From: Octopus vulgaris
Lineage: Eukaryota
Direction: 5' to 3'
Length of the DNA: 64,000 bases
Assembly (NCBI GenBank): GCA_951406725.2
Contig: OX597838.1
Location: forward strand, 3,658,001 to 3,722,000
In this document: in pieces, positions 39,813-52,855 of the stretch
Numbering within the stretch: the first letter of the stretch is position 1
Layout: every line of letters begins with the position of its first letter
The notes under the pieces: model-generated
What the model was told of the DNA's origin: nothing
Database searches by the model: none
The model's input: only the letters and a program-made list of their open reading frames with translations
Translations under genes and position numbers: made by a program

Positions 39813-41917
39813 GCCTAAATCTTGGTTGGTCTTCCTCTCCCACAACGTCCTTACACCTTCAGCACTTGGTCCCTTTTACACACAAATGATCGCTCTTCAA
39901 ATGCATCGTTGCAAGTCCACAATCATCACTGTTGTACCCTTGAGCAAATATCTCTGATACCCATTTCCTCCATCCTCAATACCTTTCTATTCTATCGATC
40001 ACATATCAAACGGAACATTCTCCTCTTTTCTATTCCCTCTGTTACACAACCTCAACGTTTCATCACCATAATTTTAACGTCCACCTTTCCATGCTTGCAT
40101 GAGTCGGAGTTTACTGAAGCAGATTTTCCACGGTTGGATGACCTTTCCCGCTGTCAACCTTCACCTGTTTCCATGTAAGGTGATATTTCTTCGTGGCCAG
40201 ACATGTTGACAGAATACTGAAAATTTACTGACACTGCTTATATAACAGTGACACTCATTAACAGCAATCATGCGATGTCAAGAAAAGGAGAAACACCCAC
40301 CCATGCACAACAAACTTCTTTCTGTTTCCACCTATCAAATCCACAAGGCTTTAGTCAACCCGGGGCTATAGTAGAAGACACTTGCCCAATATGTCACGCA
40401 GTGGGACTGAACCTGAAACCATGTGGTTGGGAAACAATCATTTTAACCACAAAGCTACCCCTGCATCTCAACCTCAAATAATATCCCATTTTGTCTACCC
40501 CCCACACATCAAACAGTCTGCCCTTCATTCCCAGTAGGAAATCGCCAATTTATATATGGTACTCTGTTGGTTACAACGATGAGGGTTCCAGTTGATCCGA
40601 TCACCAGAACAGCCTGCTCTTGAAATTAACCTGCAAGTGGCTGAGTACTCCACAGACACACAGACCTTTAACATAGTTCTCGGAGAGATTCAGCATGACC
40701 CACAGTGTGACAAGGTTGGTCCCTTCGAAATACAGGTACAACAGAAACAGGAAGAAAGAGGGAGAGAAAGTTGTGGTGAAAGAGTACAGCAGGGTTTGCC
40801 ACCACCTCCTGTCAGAGCGTCATGAAGCTTTTTAGGTGTCACTCGCAACACCTGGTCTTGGAATCAAACCTGCAAGTCCGCTGCCCTCACCACTGGACCA
40901 TTGCACCTCCACATATTCCATACACACCAGAATCAAACAGTAAGAAGGAGTCATCAACACCCCATTGGTGAATAAATATTTTTTATTTGCAGATTAACCT
41001 TTTCCCTGCTGTTATTGCACTTTTGCTGCCCACAAGTTTTCTTCCCTATAGGTACAGGGGCATTTTGTCCCCTTGGGAAAGGTGCTTAAAATAAATATAT
41101 CGCCAAGCTTATTTCTGGTACTTTAAACAGGCTTCGATTAAGAACAAGGCTGAACTTCCATTTTCATTGTTTATATACAAACCTTTGAAATCGAACTTAA
41201 TGTTTTGGAATTTTCACTGAACAAAAATGGTGACTCCTGCATTTGATTCTGACTCAGGAGTCTTGTTAGATTCTGACTCAGAGGATTATTTTGAAGGATT
41301 TACTCAGGCAGATATCATCATCATCATCATCATCATCTTTTAACGTCCGCTTTCCATGCTAGCATGGGTTGGACGATTTGACTGAGGACTGGCGAACCAA
41401 ATGGCTACACCAGGCTCCAATCTTGATCTGGCAGAGTTTCTACAGCTGGATGCCCTTCGATGGTGAAATTATTTGAGATGATGATGAAGATGAGGATGTT
41501 GACTGTTTTTGCAGTTATATTGTGAACGATGTACCGAACGGATACTATCATCCATGGCTGGTTGATTTAAGGAAAGAACTGGTCCCAAGGAAGTACATTT
41601 CTGAGGGGCAACACTTTTGCCTACCCCTCAATGCTTTACATAAAAATATTCTTCATCCATTCCTTATTAGTATACAAAAAAAAAAAAAAAAAAATCAAGC
41701 CTGTACACACAATACAATGAAAGTTATAACAATTTTAAAACCACACACACACAAACTCATACAATCATATAAGGGTACACTGTCCAGTGTCCCCCCACCC
41801 CAACCATATTTTCAAGTCAGCAGGTTGTTTGTGTTGGCAGAAATCTGGCTGCTATTTCTAACAGGTCAATCACCTGTGTAGCAGGGACTCCTCGTCACCA
41901 GGCTGAGCCTCACATGA

Positions 41918-44844
41918 TCATGTTGTTGTTTTCACAGTGTTCTTTCGGTGCTTGTAGGCGCTGGCTTCTATCTGGGACTCAAGCTTTCCAGAACAACTCT
42001 CAAAGATCGAGGCCTGAACTTTCTCTCTCTCTTCTGAAAAGAGGAAAAAAAGAAGAAGAAAAAAAAAACAGAAAAAAGTTTAAAAAATAAATAATGAAAA
42101 TCATGTGAGTAGATTTACTAGACAGAAACTGAAAAAAGCAGTGAGCTGGCAGAAACGTTAGCACACCTGGCGAAATGCTTAGCGGTATTTCGCTCGCCGA
42201 TACGTCTGATATGGGTACACCAGACACATGCATCACAACCATATGTACGCAACATGGTGATCTCATATCAAGATAAACAGCGCATGACCTTGCAGGTGGG
42301 GTCCAGTTAGAATTTTCTTCAGGTCGAGTAACCCATCCTACTCGAAAGGTCTCTGAATAAAGGTTGTTTAAGGATGTTATTATTATTATTATCATCATCA
42401 TCAAATATATAAGGTGGTGAAAAGCAGCGAGATGACAGAATCGTTAACATGCTGGGAAAAATGCTTAGCGGTATTTTGTCTGCCGCTACGTTCTGAGTTC
42501 AAATTCCGCCAAGGTCGACTTTGCCTTTCATCTTTTCGGGGTCAATAAAATAAGCACCAGTTGAACATGTAATCAACTCATCCCCTCCCCATAAAATTTC
42601 AGGCCTTGTGCCTATTGTAGAAAAGATTATTATTATTATGATGACGATGATGATGATGGTGGTGATGACGTTGAATTATGATAATGGAGATATCTCAGTG
42701 TCAAGCTGATGGTGTGATGAAGATGATGATGACAATGGTGGTGGTAGTGGTGATGATGATGACAAAGATGACGATGGTGATGATGATGATGACAATAATG
42801 AAAACATATATAAAAGACATCCCAAATGCCAAGTCTTCAGCATCTTACCTTTGTTCTTACATTCCAGAAACGCACGAGGCAACGCTTGGTAACGCTGGGC
42901 AAGCAGGCTCTTCTTTGTAGATTTTATTGTCCCTGGAGGAAGAACAGATACAAAACGACTTTCACTGGAATTGAACCTGCGAACAGTGGTGGTAATGGTG
43001 GCGGTGACAGTTGTGGCATGGGTGGTAGTAGTAGAGATAGAGAAAGTAGTGATGGTGGTGGTAGTAGTAGTAATAGTAGTAATGGTGGCGGTAGTGGTAG
43101 TAGTAGTTGTGCTAACAGCGGTGGTGATAGTAGTTGTAATAGTGGTAGTAAGGATTTTGGTGGTACTGGTAGCAGTGGTGGTGGTGGTAGTAGCGATAGA
43201 GAAAGTGGTCATGGTAGTAGTAATTGTGCTAACAGTGGTGGTGATAGTATAAGTAGTTGTAACAGTGGTACTTGTAAGGGTTGTGGTGGTAGCAGAAGTG
43301 GGGGGAGTGAGAGTAATCAGGACAGTGTAGTAGTAGTAGTAGTAGTAGTAGTGATAGACAGGACTTATGGTGGTGGTGGTGGTGGTAGTTATGGAAACAG
43401 TGGTTAATAGTGGTAGTGGTGGTGGTGGTGTTGGTGGTAGTCTTAGATAATGGTAACAGTGGGGGTGGTAGTAATACAACATCGATTTTTCTGGAACCTT
43501 CAGCTCCAAAGCCTCTCCATATTTTCTTTTACTCTTTTACTTGTTTCAGTCTTGTGACTGCGACCATGTTGGAGCACCGCCTTTAGTCGAGCAAATCGAC
43601 CCCGGGACTTATTCTTTGTCGAACCACTAAGTTACGGGGACGTAAACACACCAGCATCGGTTGTCAAGTGATGTGCAGGGGGGGGGGACAAACATAGACA
43701 CACAAACACACCCATATATATACATATACATATAAACGATGGGCTTGTTTCAGTTTCTGCCTACCAAATCCACTCACATGGCTTTGGTCGGCCCGAAGCT
43801 ATAGTAAAAGACTATAGGTGCCACGCAGTGGGACTGAACCCGGAACCATGTGGTTCGTAAGCAAGCTACTTACCACACAGCCACTCCTATGCTTATATAT
43901 ATATATGTGTGTGTGTGTATATATATATATTGAGGTTATGAGAAGTAATGGTGTCAAAAAGACTCAAAGGTGTCAGGTAATGCTGAGTAAGTGCTATGGA
44001 CAGACCATAGTTAAGCTCCAGGTTCGGTGAATATGTGAATGAGGAGTCCAATGTAGGTCATACATTAGCATACTCTTTTACTTGTTTCAGTCATTTGACT
44101 GCGGCCATGCTGGAGCACCGCCTTTAATCGAGCAAATCGACCCCGGGACTTATTCTTTGTAAGCCCAGTACTTATTCTATCGGTCTCTTTTGCCGAACCG
44201 CTAAGTGACGGGGACGTAAACACACCAGCATCGGTTGTCAAGCAATGCTAGGGGGACAAACACAGACACACAAACACACACACATATATACATATATACG
44301 ACAGGCTTCTTTCAGTTTCCGTCTACCAAATCCACTCACAAGGCATTGGTTGGCCCGGGGCTATAGCAGAAGACACTTGCCCAAGATGCCATGCAGTGGG
44401 ACTGAACCCGGAACCATGTGGTTGGTTAGCAAGCTACTTACCACACAGCCACTCCTGTATATAAAAAAAATTAACAGAATGAGATAAAAATCCAAGGCTA
44501 TGAGAGATTTCAGAACATTTATAAATAGAAGGCCTTACAGCTGTTTCAGGAATATTTTATATATCCCTTCATGCTAAAGGGTTAAACCAGCCATATCCAG
44601 CCAAAATATTCTGCCTGGTTTATGTTCAAACTGGCATTATTTATGGGATGACCCAATATCTGTGTGTGTGATGTTGTCATCCTGCCAATGCTTAGTGGTT
44701 CAGCAAAAGAAACCGATAGAATAAGTAGTAAGGTTACAAAAAATAATCCCATGGGTCAATTTGTTCGACCAAAACCCTCTAAGGCGGTGCCCCAGCATGG
44801 TCGCAGTCAAATGATTGAAACAAATGAAAGTATGAAAAAATACG

Positions 44845-44888
<44 letters not shown>

Positions 44889-44890
44889 CA

Positions 44891-44943
<53 letters not shown>

Positions 44944-45885
44944 ACACACACACACACAAGTAAACTGAGAAGACGAAAGGCAAGAAAGAGCAGTGACTAA
45001 ATTTTACCTCCAACATGAAGGGATCGCAAAGACGCCTCCTTGTTCTTGATGAGTTTGATGAAGCAGACGGCAGACTGAACCATCAGACAGTGTTTCCTCG
45101 GCACCACTATTATTATGGTGTTGGTGTTGCTGTCAAAATATTTGACTAAAAGAAACAAAAAAGAAAAAAAAAGAAAATCAAAACAAAGATTTTAAGTGAG
45201 GGGGGGGGGGGAGTTCAAAGAATAAAAAAAGTTATAAAGAGACTTCACTCTTAAGCTCTTTGTGACTACATTTCTAACGCCAACCACTCCGACAGCATAG
45301 TGGGTGCTTTTACGTGCCACCGGCTCGAGGGCCAGTCAGGCGGTACTCTGTATAAAAAAAAAATGTTTAAATTGGTGCGGGAGTGGCTGTGTGGTAAGTA
45401 GCTTGTTTACTAACCACCTGGTTCCAGGTTCAGTCCCACTGCATGGCACCTTGGGCAAGTGTCTTCTACTATAGCTCTCGGCTGACCAAAGCCTTGTGAG
45501 TGGATTTGGTAGACGGAAACTGAAAGAAGCCCGTTGTGTATATATATATGTGTGTGTGTGTATCTGAGTTTGTCCCCCGCCCCCACCCAACATTGCTTAA
45601 CAGCCGATGTTGGTTCAGCAAAAGAGGCCGATAGAATAAATACTAGGCTTACAAAGACCAAGTCCTGGGGGTCGATTTGTTCGACTAAAGGCAGTGCTCC
45701 AGCATGACCACAGTCAAATGACTGAAACAAACAAAAGAATAAAAATATTCTATGTATTGCAGAAGCACAACCAATTTATAGCACACAGACTCAAACAGAC
45801 AATTCTTCTGTGGACCTTTGATGAGAACCCTTGGCATAGAGACCCCTCCCTTGGTGGCTCATGTGAGCATGTTCCTGTGCATGTT

Positions 45886-45918
<33 letters not shown>

Positions 45919-46097
45919 AGAGTAGAAAGACTGAGTACTTACCATAAGTTACTTTCTGGATGACAGCCCTCCCGTAGTCTCCATAAGCCGTCTGTACAGC
46001 CTCCGTGATGGCCGAGAGGATATCGTTGGAATAGAACTGGTGACATGACTCGATCTCGTACAAGAGGTACCTTGAATAGAGAAACAGCACCATAATG

Positions 46098-46138
<41 letters not shown>

Positions 46139-46563
46139 AAATTAAGGACAATAGGCCAGATATAGTTGTCAGAGATCATGAAGAAAAAAATGCTTTCTAA
46201 TTGATGTATCAATACCGGCTGATGACAATGTGTCTCTAAAAGAAATGAAAAAACTCTCAAAATACAAAGACCTGGAAATAGAGGTAACTAGAATGTGGAA
46301 TCTAAAAACAGAAACAATTCCTATCATAGTAGGTGCATTAGGCATGATAAAAAAATATTCAGACAAATACATAACAAAAACACCAGGACTTACAAACACA
46401 TATAACATACAGAAAATTGCACTACTAGGCACTGCACACATCCTACGCAGAACACTTTCCATACAATAACCATCAGAGCATCACAACAAATCACAGCACA
46501 TACCCAAGGCACACAGAGCTGCGCTCGGTAGTGAAGTGAAAGCACGCTATTAAAATAAAACTA

Positions 46564-46626
<63 letters not shown>

Positions 46627-48100
46627 TTCAAACTTTTGCCACAAGGGTAACTTGTGGAAACGAGTCGATTACATCGAGCCCTAGCCTTTAACTGGTACTT
46701 GCTTTATCGACCCTGAAAGGATGAAAGGCAAAGTCGACCTCGGCAGAATTTGAACTCAGAATGTAGCGTCAGGTGAAATACCGCCAACCATTTTGTCCAT
46801 CATGCTAACGATCCTACCAGCTGGCCGCCTTCAATAATAATAATAATCATCCTTTCTACTATAGGCACAAGGCCTGAAATTTGGGCAGGGCTAAGTCGAT
46901 TACATCGACCCCAGTGCGTAACTGGTACTTATTTTATTGGCCCCTAAAAGGACGAAAAGTAAAGCCAATCTCAGTGGGATTTGATCTCAGAATGTAAGGC
47001 ACTGGAAGAATTGACGCCTAGCATTTGGTCAGCGTGGGGTGCACTGCAGTGGGATTGAACCTGAAGCCATGTGGTTACAATGTGAGCTTCTTAACCTTGC
47101 AGCTATGCCTGCCACCTTTGATTGTAAATCTGTTCAGCCAGGGTTGAACTGTGGACGTAAGAAGAAGAACAACAACAACAACTACAAGTGCCACCACCAC
47201 CACCACCACCACGATTTCTATTCACTGCTATCACCACTCTGTCTTACTCCTCCCTAGTTACCCCTTTCCCAACCAACACCAACAATGGTAGGGTCAAAGC
47301 ATGAAGGGGGTCTAGGGGACAAATATGAAAAAGTAGAAGAACCAATTTATCAAGTTGACAACTGGAAGAGGCATTTTATTGGTGTCTTGGAGACAGACAG
47401 CCGGATGGAGAGAGAGAGAGAGGGAGAGAGAGAGAGACAGACAAGACAGACAGAGGGGAGAGAAAGACAGACAGACAGACAGGCATGAAATTGGAGAAAT
47501 GAGTTTTGAAGGAGCTGCAGCTTGAATCTTCAGATGTAAAATATAAAATACAATAAAAAAAAAAAAAAAAAAAATATAATAATCAAAAAAATAATGGAAT
47601 AAAAAATTTAAAAGATAAACAGACAAAAATTGTGAATTAATGGAGTAAACAAATGAAAGAGGATTTAATTTAAGGATTATCTACCTCGACAAATCCTAAA
47701 CTGTCGAACCATGTAGGTGCATGTGGGGGTGGGGATCAGGGTATCTGTGTGGGTGGGATTTCTCTGTCTCTGTCTGTCTTTTACTAAAATTGTGATAGCC
47801 ATTGTAATCACATGACTACATGGTGACTTGGGAGAACATTTCCTGCCGTAATTTTGGCATTACCGATTCCTTGCAAAGGAGAGTTTGATGCAGCAGAAAA
47901 CCACCTCAAATGTGTGTGTGTGTGTGTGTGTGTGTGTATTGCTCATTTCTATCCCAACAGCGTTTTGCTCTTGAAACCAAATTGAACAACGTTATTGAAA
48001 AGGCACTGAAATTGTGATGACTTTTGGCTGATAACTGATGAGGGGTGAGCATGTCAACATGTTTTGTGTTTTTTCCTGTTTTCCAGATGTTCCTTCATTT

Positions 48101-48144
<44 letters not shown>

Positions 48145-49275
48145 ATACTGGGAGGATAGAGACGGAACGAAGCGAAAATTCGAACGGAACCCGACGCGAA
48201 GCGCTGTCAGACAATAGTGTAATAAATAAAATATATGCATACATACAAACATATATGTATTCTTTTATCTTGTTTCAGTCAATTGACTGCGGCCATGCTA
48301 AGGCAATGCCTTGAAGGGTTTTAGTCAGACAAATTGACCACAGGACTTATTCTATCCGTCCCATGATAACTCACCACCTTCAAAGAAGTCTTGTGTCCAA
48401 CCCTCAGCAGGCAAGGTGATGCCCACAGTCTTTTGGAACCAGCGTGGAGCAGTGATGATAGATTTTCTGGCAAAGGGCATATTATGTTGTTTCTCTGCTG
48501 CAGAAATTGCGGGACGTCATCAATGCAGAGAGGTGTGACATGCTGACCAAAAGAGTTCACCTCCTCCAAGGCAACGCCTCAGTTCACAATGTGCCTGTTG
48601 CCCAGATGGAAGCACACTCCCACGTTTATGAAATCCCTCCTCATCTCTCTTGCTCTCCCAACCTTGCACTGTCTGACTTCCACCTCTTTCCAGCAATAAA
48701 GTCTTTTTTGAAGGGGAAGCACTTTTTGGTTGAGGACGAACTTATTTCTGAGGTAAAGTCTTGGCTCCAGATCATCACAGCTGCATAAAGTGATGGGAGA
48801 AATGTGTCGCCATTGGTGGTGGCCATGTAGAGAAGGACTAAAAATTATGACAAGTTTTTGTTTATCCCAGCCCTTGGGAAGGGGATATCTTTAACGAATA
48901 CACTTTATAATCTGTCCATGGACAGATATTACCTTATATGGAAACAGATGTGAGTTGGCACATGGAAGGGGATCAGGCCTGTAGAAAATCTGCAGCAATT
49001 TAAAAAAAACAAACTAAAAACTCCATTGAACCAATGAAGCATGGTAAAAGTGGATGGTAAAATTATGATGAAAACCTGGAAAAAAAAAGAATTTAAAGAA
49101 ATAAATATTAAAAAAAATTGATTGAAAGAAATTAATTAGAATTTAAGTTTTAGAATTATCTGCCGTAATTAATGCTAATCTTTTCAACAGCTTGTCTGCC
49201 TAAGAAGACATCCATGTCTTGTGTGCGAATATTCCATTCGTTCTTTTGGCGTGCATCTGTTTAATTCTTGAAAGC

Positions 49276-49313
<38 letters not shown>

Positions 49314-50533
49314 AGTAAATCTCTCTCTCTCTTCATGTTTCGCTAACAGAGTGCAGCCGACAACCACCATCTTAAACTCATTAGCATATGTCCCACAAAC
49401 TGTGTTAACCGTCCAAGAAGATGGAGGATCAACGTTATGTCCTACGATTGACTGAAAGAGGATAACGGTGACAACAGACGATGGATGGACATTTATTTAT
49501 TCATTTTAGATCTCTGCAGACAACAGTGTTGTTGGTTACAGATTGAAGAAGAAGCACTCCGTCGGTTACGACGATGAGGGTTCCGGTTGATCCGATCAAC
49601 GGAACAGCCTGCTCGTGAAATTAACGTACAAGTGGCTGAGCACTCCACAGACACGTGTACCCTTAACGTAGTTCTCGGGGATATTCAGCGTGACACAGAG
49701 AGTGACAAGGCCGGCCCTTTGAAATACAGGTACAACAGAAACAGGAAGTAAGAGTGAGAGAAAGTTGTGGTGAAAGAGTACAGCAGGGATCACCACCATC
49801 TCTGCCGGAGCGTCGTGGAGCTTTTAGGTGTTTTCGCTCAATAAACACTCACAGCGCCCGGTCTGGGAATCGAAACCGCGAGTCCGCTGCCCTAACCACT
49901 GGGCCATTGCGCCTTCACGGTTACAGATTGAAGAAGAAACCAATCACGGTTTCACTTCAATTCCGATGAACTAAAATAACAAGAGTTTATCTCTCTCTCA
50001 ACAATAATAGTCTTAAAGAACCATTTTTATTGAATTTTTGGTTTTGTTTTTTTCCTTTCTGTGTTTCTCCAGTTTTCTCAATTCTTTATATCCATTGTGC
50101 AGGCCTGGTTGTGTAGTTAAGAAGCTAGTTTCCCAACTACATGGGTCTGGGTTCAGTCCCGCAGAACGGCCAAGTGTCTTTTGGTACAGCCTTCGGTCAC
50201 CCAAAGCCTTGTCAGCTACTTCTTAACTATTATTTCTAGCATGCAGAATAACCACGATGTGGTTGTCGTACTAACACTGTTGCCATTACTGTTTACGTCC
50301 AAGAGATACAAACAGGGGGGGGGGGCAGTATGAAGACATAGTCACGTGGTTAATAAATTAATTTATTTCTAATTGGGAGCAGAGGCATGGCTGTGTGGTG
50401 ACAAGCTTGCTTCTGAACCACATGGTTCTGGGTTCAGTCTCATTGCATGGCACCTTAGGCAAGTAAGTGTCTTCTACTATAGCCTTCAGTGAGACGGAAA
50501 CCGAAAGAAGCCAGTTGTGTGTGTGTGTATATG

Positions 50534-50572
<39 letters not shown>

Positions 50573-50608
50573 GTCGAGTGTGTATGTATATAGATATATA
50601 TATATATC

Positions 50609-50646
<38 letters not shown>

Positions 50647-51179
50647 TATTTCTATAAAATTTCATTGAAAAAACTCTATTTTCCTACAAATGGTGAAAAC
50701 GATGGTAAATTTTTCTTTAAATCGTAGGCAATTTTCCGAGCCCCCCCCCCCCGTTTGTCAGCGCGCTTTTTTTTCGTCATATTCCTTCAATATACGATGC
50801 CTTACAACTGTTACACATTTTCGTTTCCATTTTTCCCACCGGGTGCGGATCTCATTTTTCCCACCGGGTGCGGATCTAGATATTAACCACCGAAGCATCG
50901 CCATATGTGTGTGTGTGTATAAGTCTTTGAGTTTGCCTGTGACCGCCGTTCGACTACTGTTGTCCCCGTAACATAGCGGATAGGCATAGAAGAAAAAAAA
51001 GGAGAGAGACTACACAAGTGCTAGGGTTTAAGAGAATGAGATATTGGGGTCGATTTGTTTGGGAAATCCCTTCAAGGCCTTGCACCAGCATGGCCGCAGA
51101 ATAATAGCTGAAAACAAATATAAAGAGTATACAAACGGAAACACCAAGAATATTATTCTAATACGAACAGCGACAGCAA

Positions 51180-51226
<47 letters not shown>

Positions 51227-51292
51227 AAATAGTGTACGTTATTAAAGGTAGAGTGTTGAAAAAAATAATGTTTACCGTTTTTTGAATCTCAT
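41918..51292 (-). CDS. POP5: Ribonuclease P/MRP protein subunit POP5 (160 aa). Exons: 51292-51276, 46070-45943, 45145-45008, 42932-42849, 42033-41918
   Basis: Spliced product MRFKKRYLLYEIESCHQFYSNDILSAITEAVQTAYGDYGRAVIQKVTYVKYFDSNTNTIIIVVPRKHCLMVQSAVCFIKLIKNKEASLRSLHVGGTIKSTKKSLLAQRYQALPRAFLECKNKEEREKVQASIFESC...TTT*. It carries the Pop5/Rpp14 motifs RFK.RYLL, G..G, VKY and LHVGGTI. All introns are GT-AG; CDS 483 nt. Confidence 0.93.
43530..43890 (-). mobile_element. SINE family A
   Basis: Matches the other copies. Confidence 0.8.
44072..44457 (-). mobile_element. SINE family A, full-length
   Basis: Matches the other copies. Confidence 0.85.
45378..45742 (+). mobile_element. SINE family A
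   Basis: Matches the other copies; opposite orientation to the 44072-44457 copy across POP5 exon 3. Confidence 0.8.
46136..46567 (+). mobile_element. 5'-truncated R4/Dong-like non-LTR retrotransposon (RLE endonuclease C-terminus) inserted in (TAA)n
   Basis: NRPDIVVRDHEEKKCFLIDVSIPADDNVSLKEMKKLSKYKDL..IPIIVGALG..IQKIALLGTAHILRR (PD..D/E.K endonuclease); (AAT)n on both sides. Confidence 0.85.
48360..48905 (+). mobile_element. Degenerate mariner transposase fragment
   Basis: SAGKVMPTVFWNQRG..IDFL; HLLQGNASVH..PPHLSCSPNLALSDFHLFPAIKSFLKGKHF (HDNA/HPPYSPDLAPSD motifs decayed). Confidence 0.85.
49555..49918 (-). mobile_element. tRNA-headed SINE with a perfect 20-bp target-site duplication
   Basis: Head GTGAAGGCGCAATGGCCCAGTGGTTAGGGC..GGTTTCGATTCCC; flanks GGTTACAGATTGAAGAAGAA at 49534-49553 and 49919-49938. 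Related copies at ~40561-40911, ~28720-28870 and ~1200-1300. Confidence 0.85.
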
Positions 51293-51754
51293 TTCAAACA
51301 CGTGTTTCTTTCCGGCAACAGACTGTAGTTGAACGTTAGTTAGAAACCATTCTCACACATTGGCACCTAACCGAATACGACTTGCCAATGGACCACTCTC
51401 GCACGTTGGACACTCAAATGAACAGGTACAGTTTTGATTATAGTATATACTTTGTAGGGTAGAATTCTGCATAGTATTTAAGAACATAGATACACACAAG
51501 CATAGGCACGTGCGCGCGCGAGTGTGAAGGCGCGTGTTCTAGTGGTTAGGCTGCTGGACTCTAGATCGCTAGATCGAGGGTTCGATTCCCTAAAGGGGCG
51601 GCGCGTTGTGTTTTTAAGCATTTCACGATTTCACGTTGCCCCAGTATCCGCTTCGATCGGGGGGGGGGGGTGATTTGGCGTACTCAGCGGACTGGCGTCA
51701 TTTGAAGGCAAATCTCTGTCTTGGAGTTCAGGGTGCCCCTTGGCGCAAACAAGT

Positions 51755-52000
51755 CTTTAAGGATCCTCGTGCGCTTGGCAATACATAACTTGCCCCATTT
51801 CGTCCCATTTATGTACGGGCCTGGTTTCTCGAGTATCCTCCATACGATCGAGTGGGGTATCTCCTCGTCTCGTAATTACCAGATATGGCCGGCCAGCGAT
51901 GTCACGTATCTCCTTGTCACGAGACTCTGAAGGAGGCCTAATGATTGGAAATACGCTGTTTGAGAGAGTTTCTAGTGCATCCCACGTACTTCTGTGTTCG
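51755..52000 (-). mobile_element. Penelope-like element GIY-YIG endonuclease fragment (pseudogenised)
   Basis: KYVGCTRNSLKQRISNH*ASFR /frameshift/ TSLAGHIW*LRDEEIPHSIVWRILEKPGPY...KLCI. Confidence 0.7.
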
Positions 52001-52600
52001 ATTGAAGCTTCGTAGCCACGTCGAGAGATACAATATATATAACTATTGGTAATTTAAGAGATTTTACGGGAAAACGCAGTGGCTGAGAAAAAATTTAGTA
52101 TTAATATAGGGCTGGTGACTCTGATTAACGAATAAACATATAAATGATTTGTTAATTCCCTTGGACCGCCAAAAATTATTTTGACTGATAACTAAACAGT
52201 ACAGTTCTATGGAAGACTAACTTTAGCCGTTTTGATTGTCTAAAACAGTGCTTCTCAAACTATCTGATGTAGCGTACAAGGCAGATTTTTTCCTCAATGT
52301 GCTAGGGACCGGGAATATTTCTTAGTAATGTTAATCTATACCTGAAACAATATATATAATGAATGCAATAAAAGTTGACATTTTAAAAATCTTGTAATTT
52401 ATATTGTAAACAAATAATACAATATTCTTTTCTACTATAGGCACAAGGCCCGAAATTTTGGGGGAGGGGGCAAGTCGATTAGATCGATACCAGTACGCAA
52501 CTGGTACGTGCTAACGTTTCTGCCAGCTGGCCGCCTTACAAATGATATAATATTAAATAAGCATTTTATAAGCATTTTATGTTTCTTTTCTGCAATATAT

Positions 52601-52855
52601 GTGGAGGCGCGTGGCTTAGTGGTTAAGGTGTCAGCACCATGATCGTAAGATTGTGGTTTCGATTCCTGGACCGGGCGACGCGTTGTGTTCATGAGCAAAA
52701 CACTTCATTTCACGTTGCTCCAGTCCACTCAGCTGGCAAAAATGAGTAACGTTGCGATGGACTGGGGTCCCGTTTAACTAGGGAACATACACGCCATTGA
52801 AACCGGGAAACCGGGCCCATGAGCCTGACTAGGCTTTAAAGGGGCGCATTTATTA
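52601..52855 (+). mobile_element. tRNA-headed SINE family C
   Basis: GTGGAGGCGCGTGGCTTAGTGGTT..GGTTTCGATTCC..ACACTTCATTTCACGTTGCTCCAGTCCACTCAGCTG; related copies at ~58750-58967 and ~51524-51645. Confidence 0.75.

Noticed and set aside
42676-43509. Thr-rich mucin-like 277-aa ORF
   Set aside because: Low-complexity intronic sequence; only 42932-42849 is a POP5 exon.
47680-47712. Alternative POP5 first exon (MVRQFR..)
   Set aside because: Donor phase is incompatible with exon 2; 51292-51276 (MRFKKR) fits both motif and phase.
50828-50877. ~25-bp tandem duplication CATTTTTCCCACCGGGTGCGGATCT x2
   Set aside because: A simple local duplication with no supporting evidence of function.
51524-51600. 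Possible tRNA gene (also 52601-52675)
   Set aside because: A/B boxes are present but there is no proper acceptor stem, and it continues into a SINE body.
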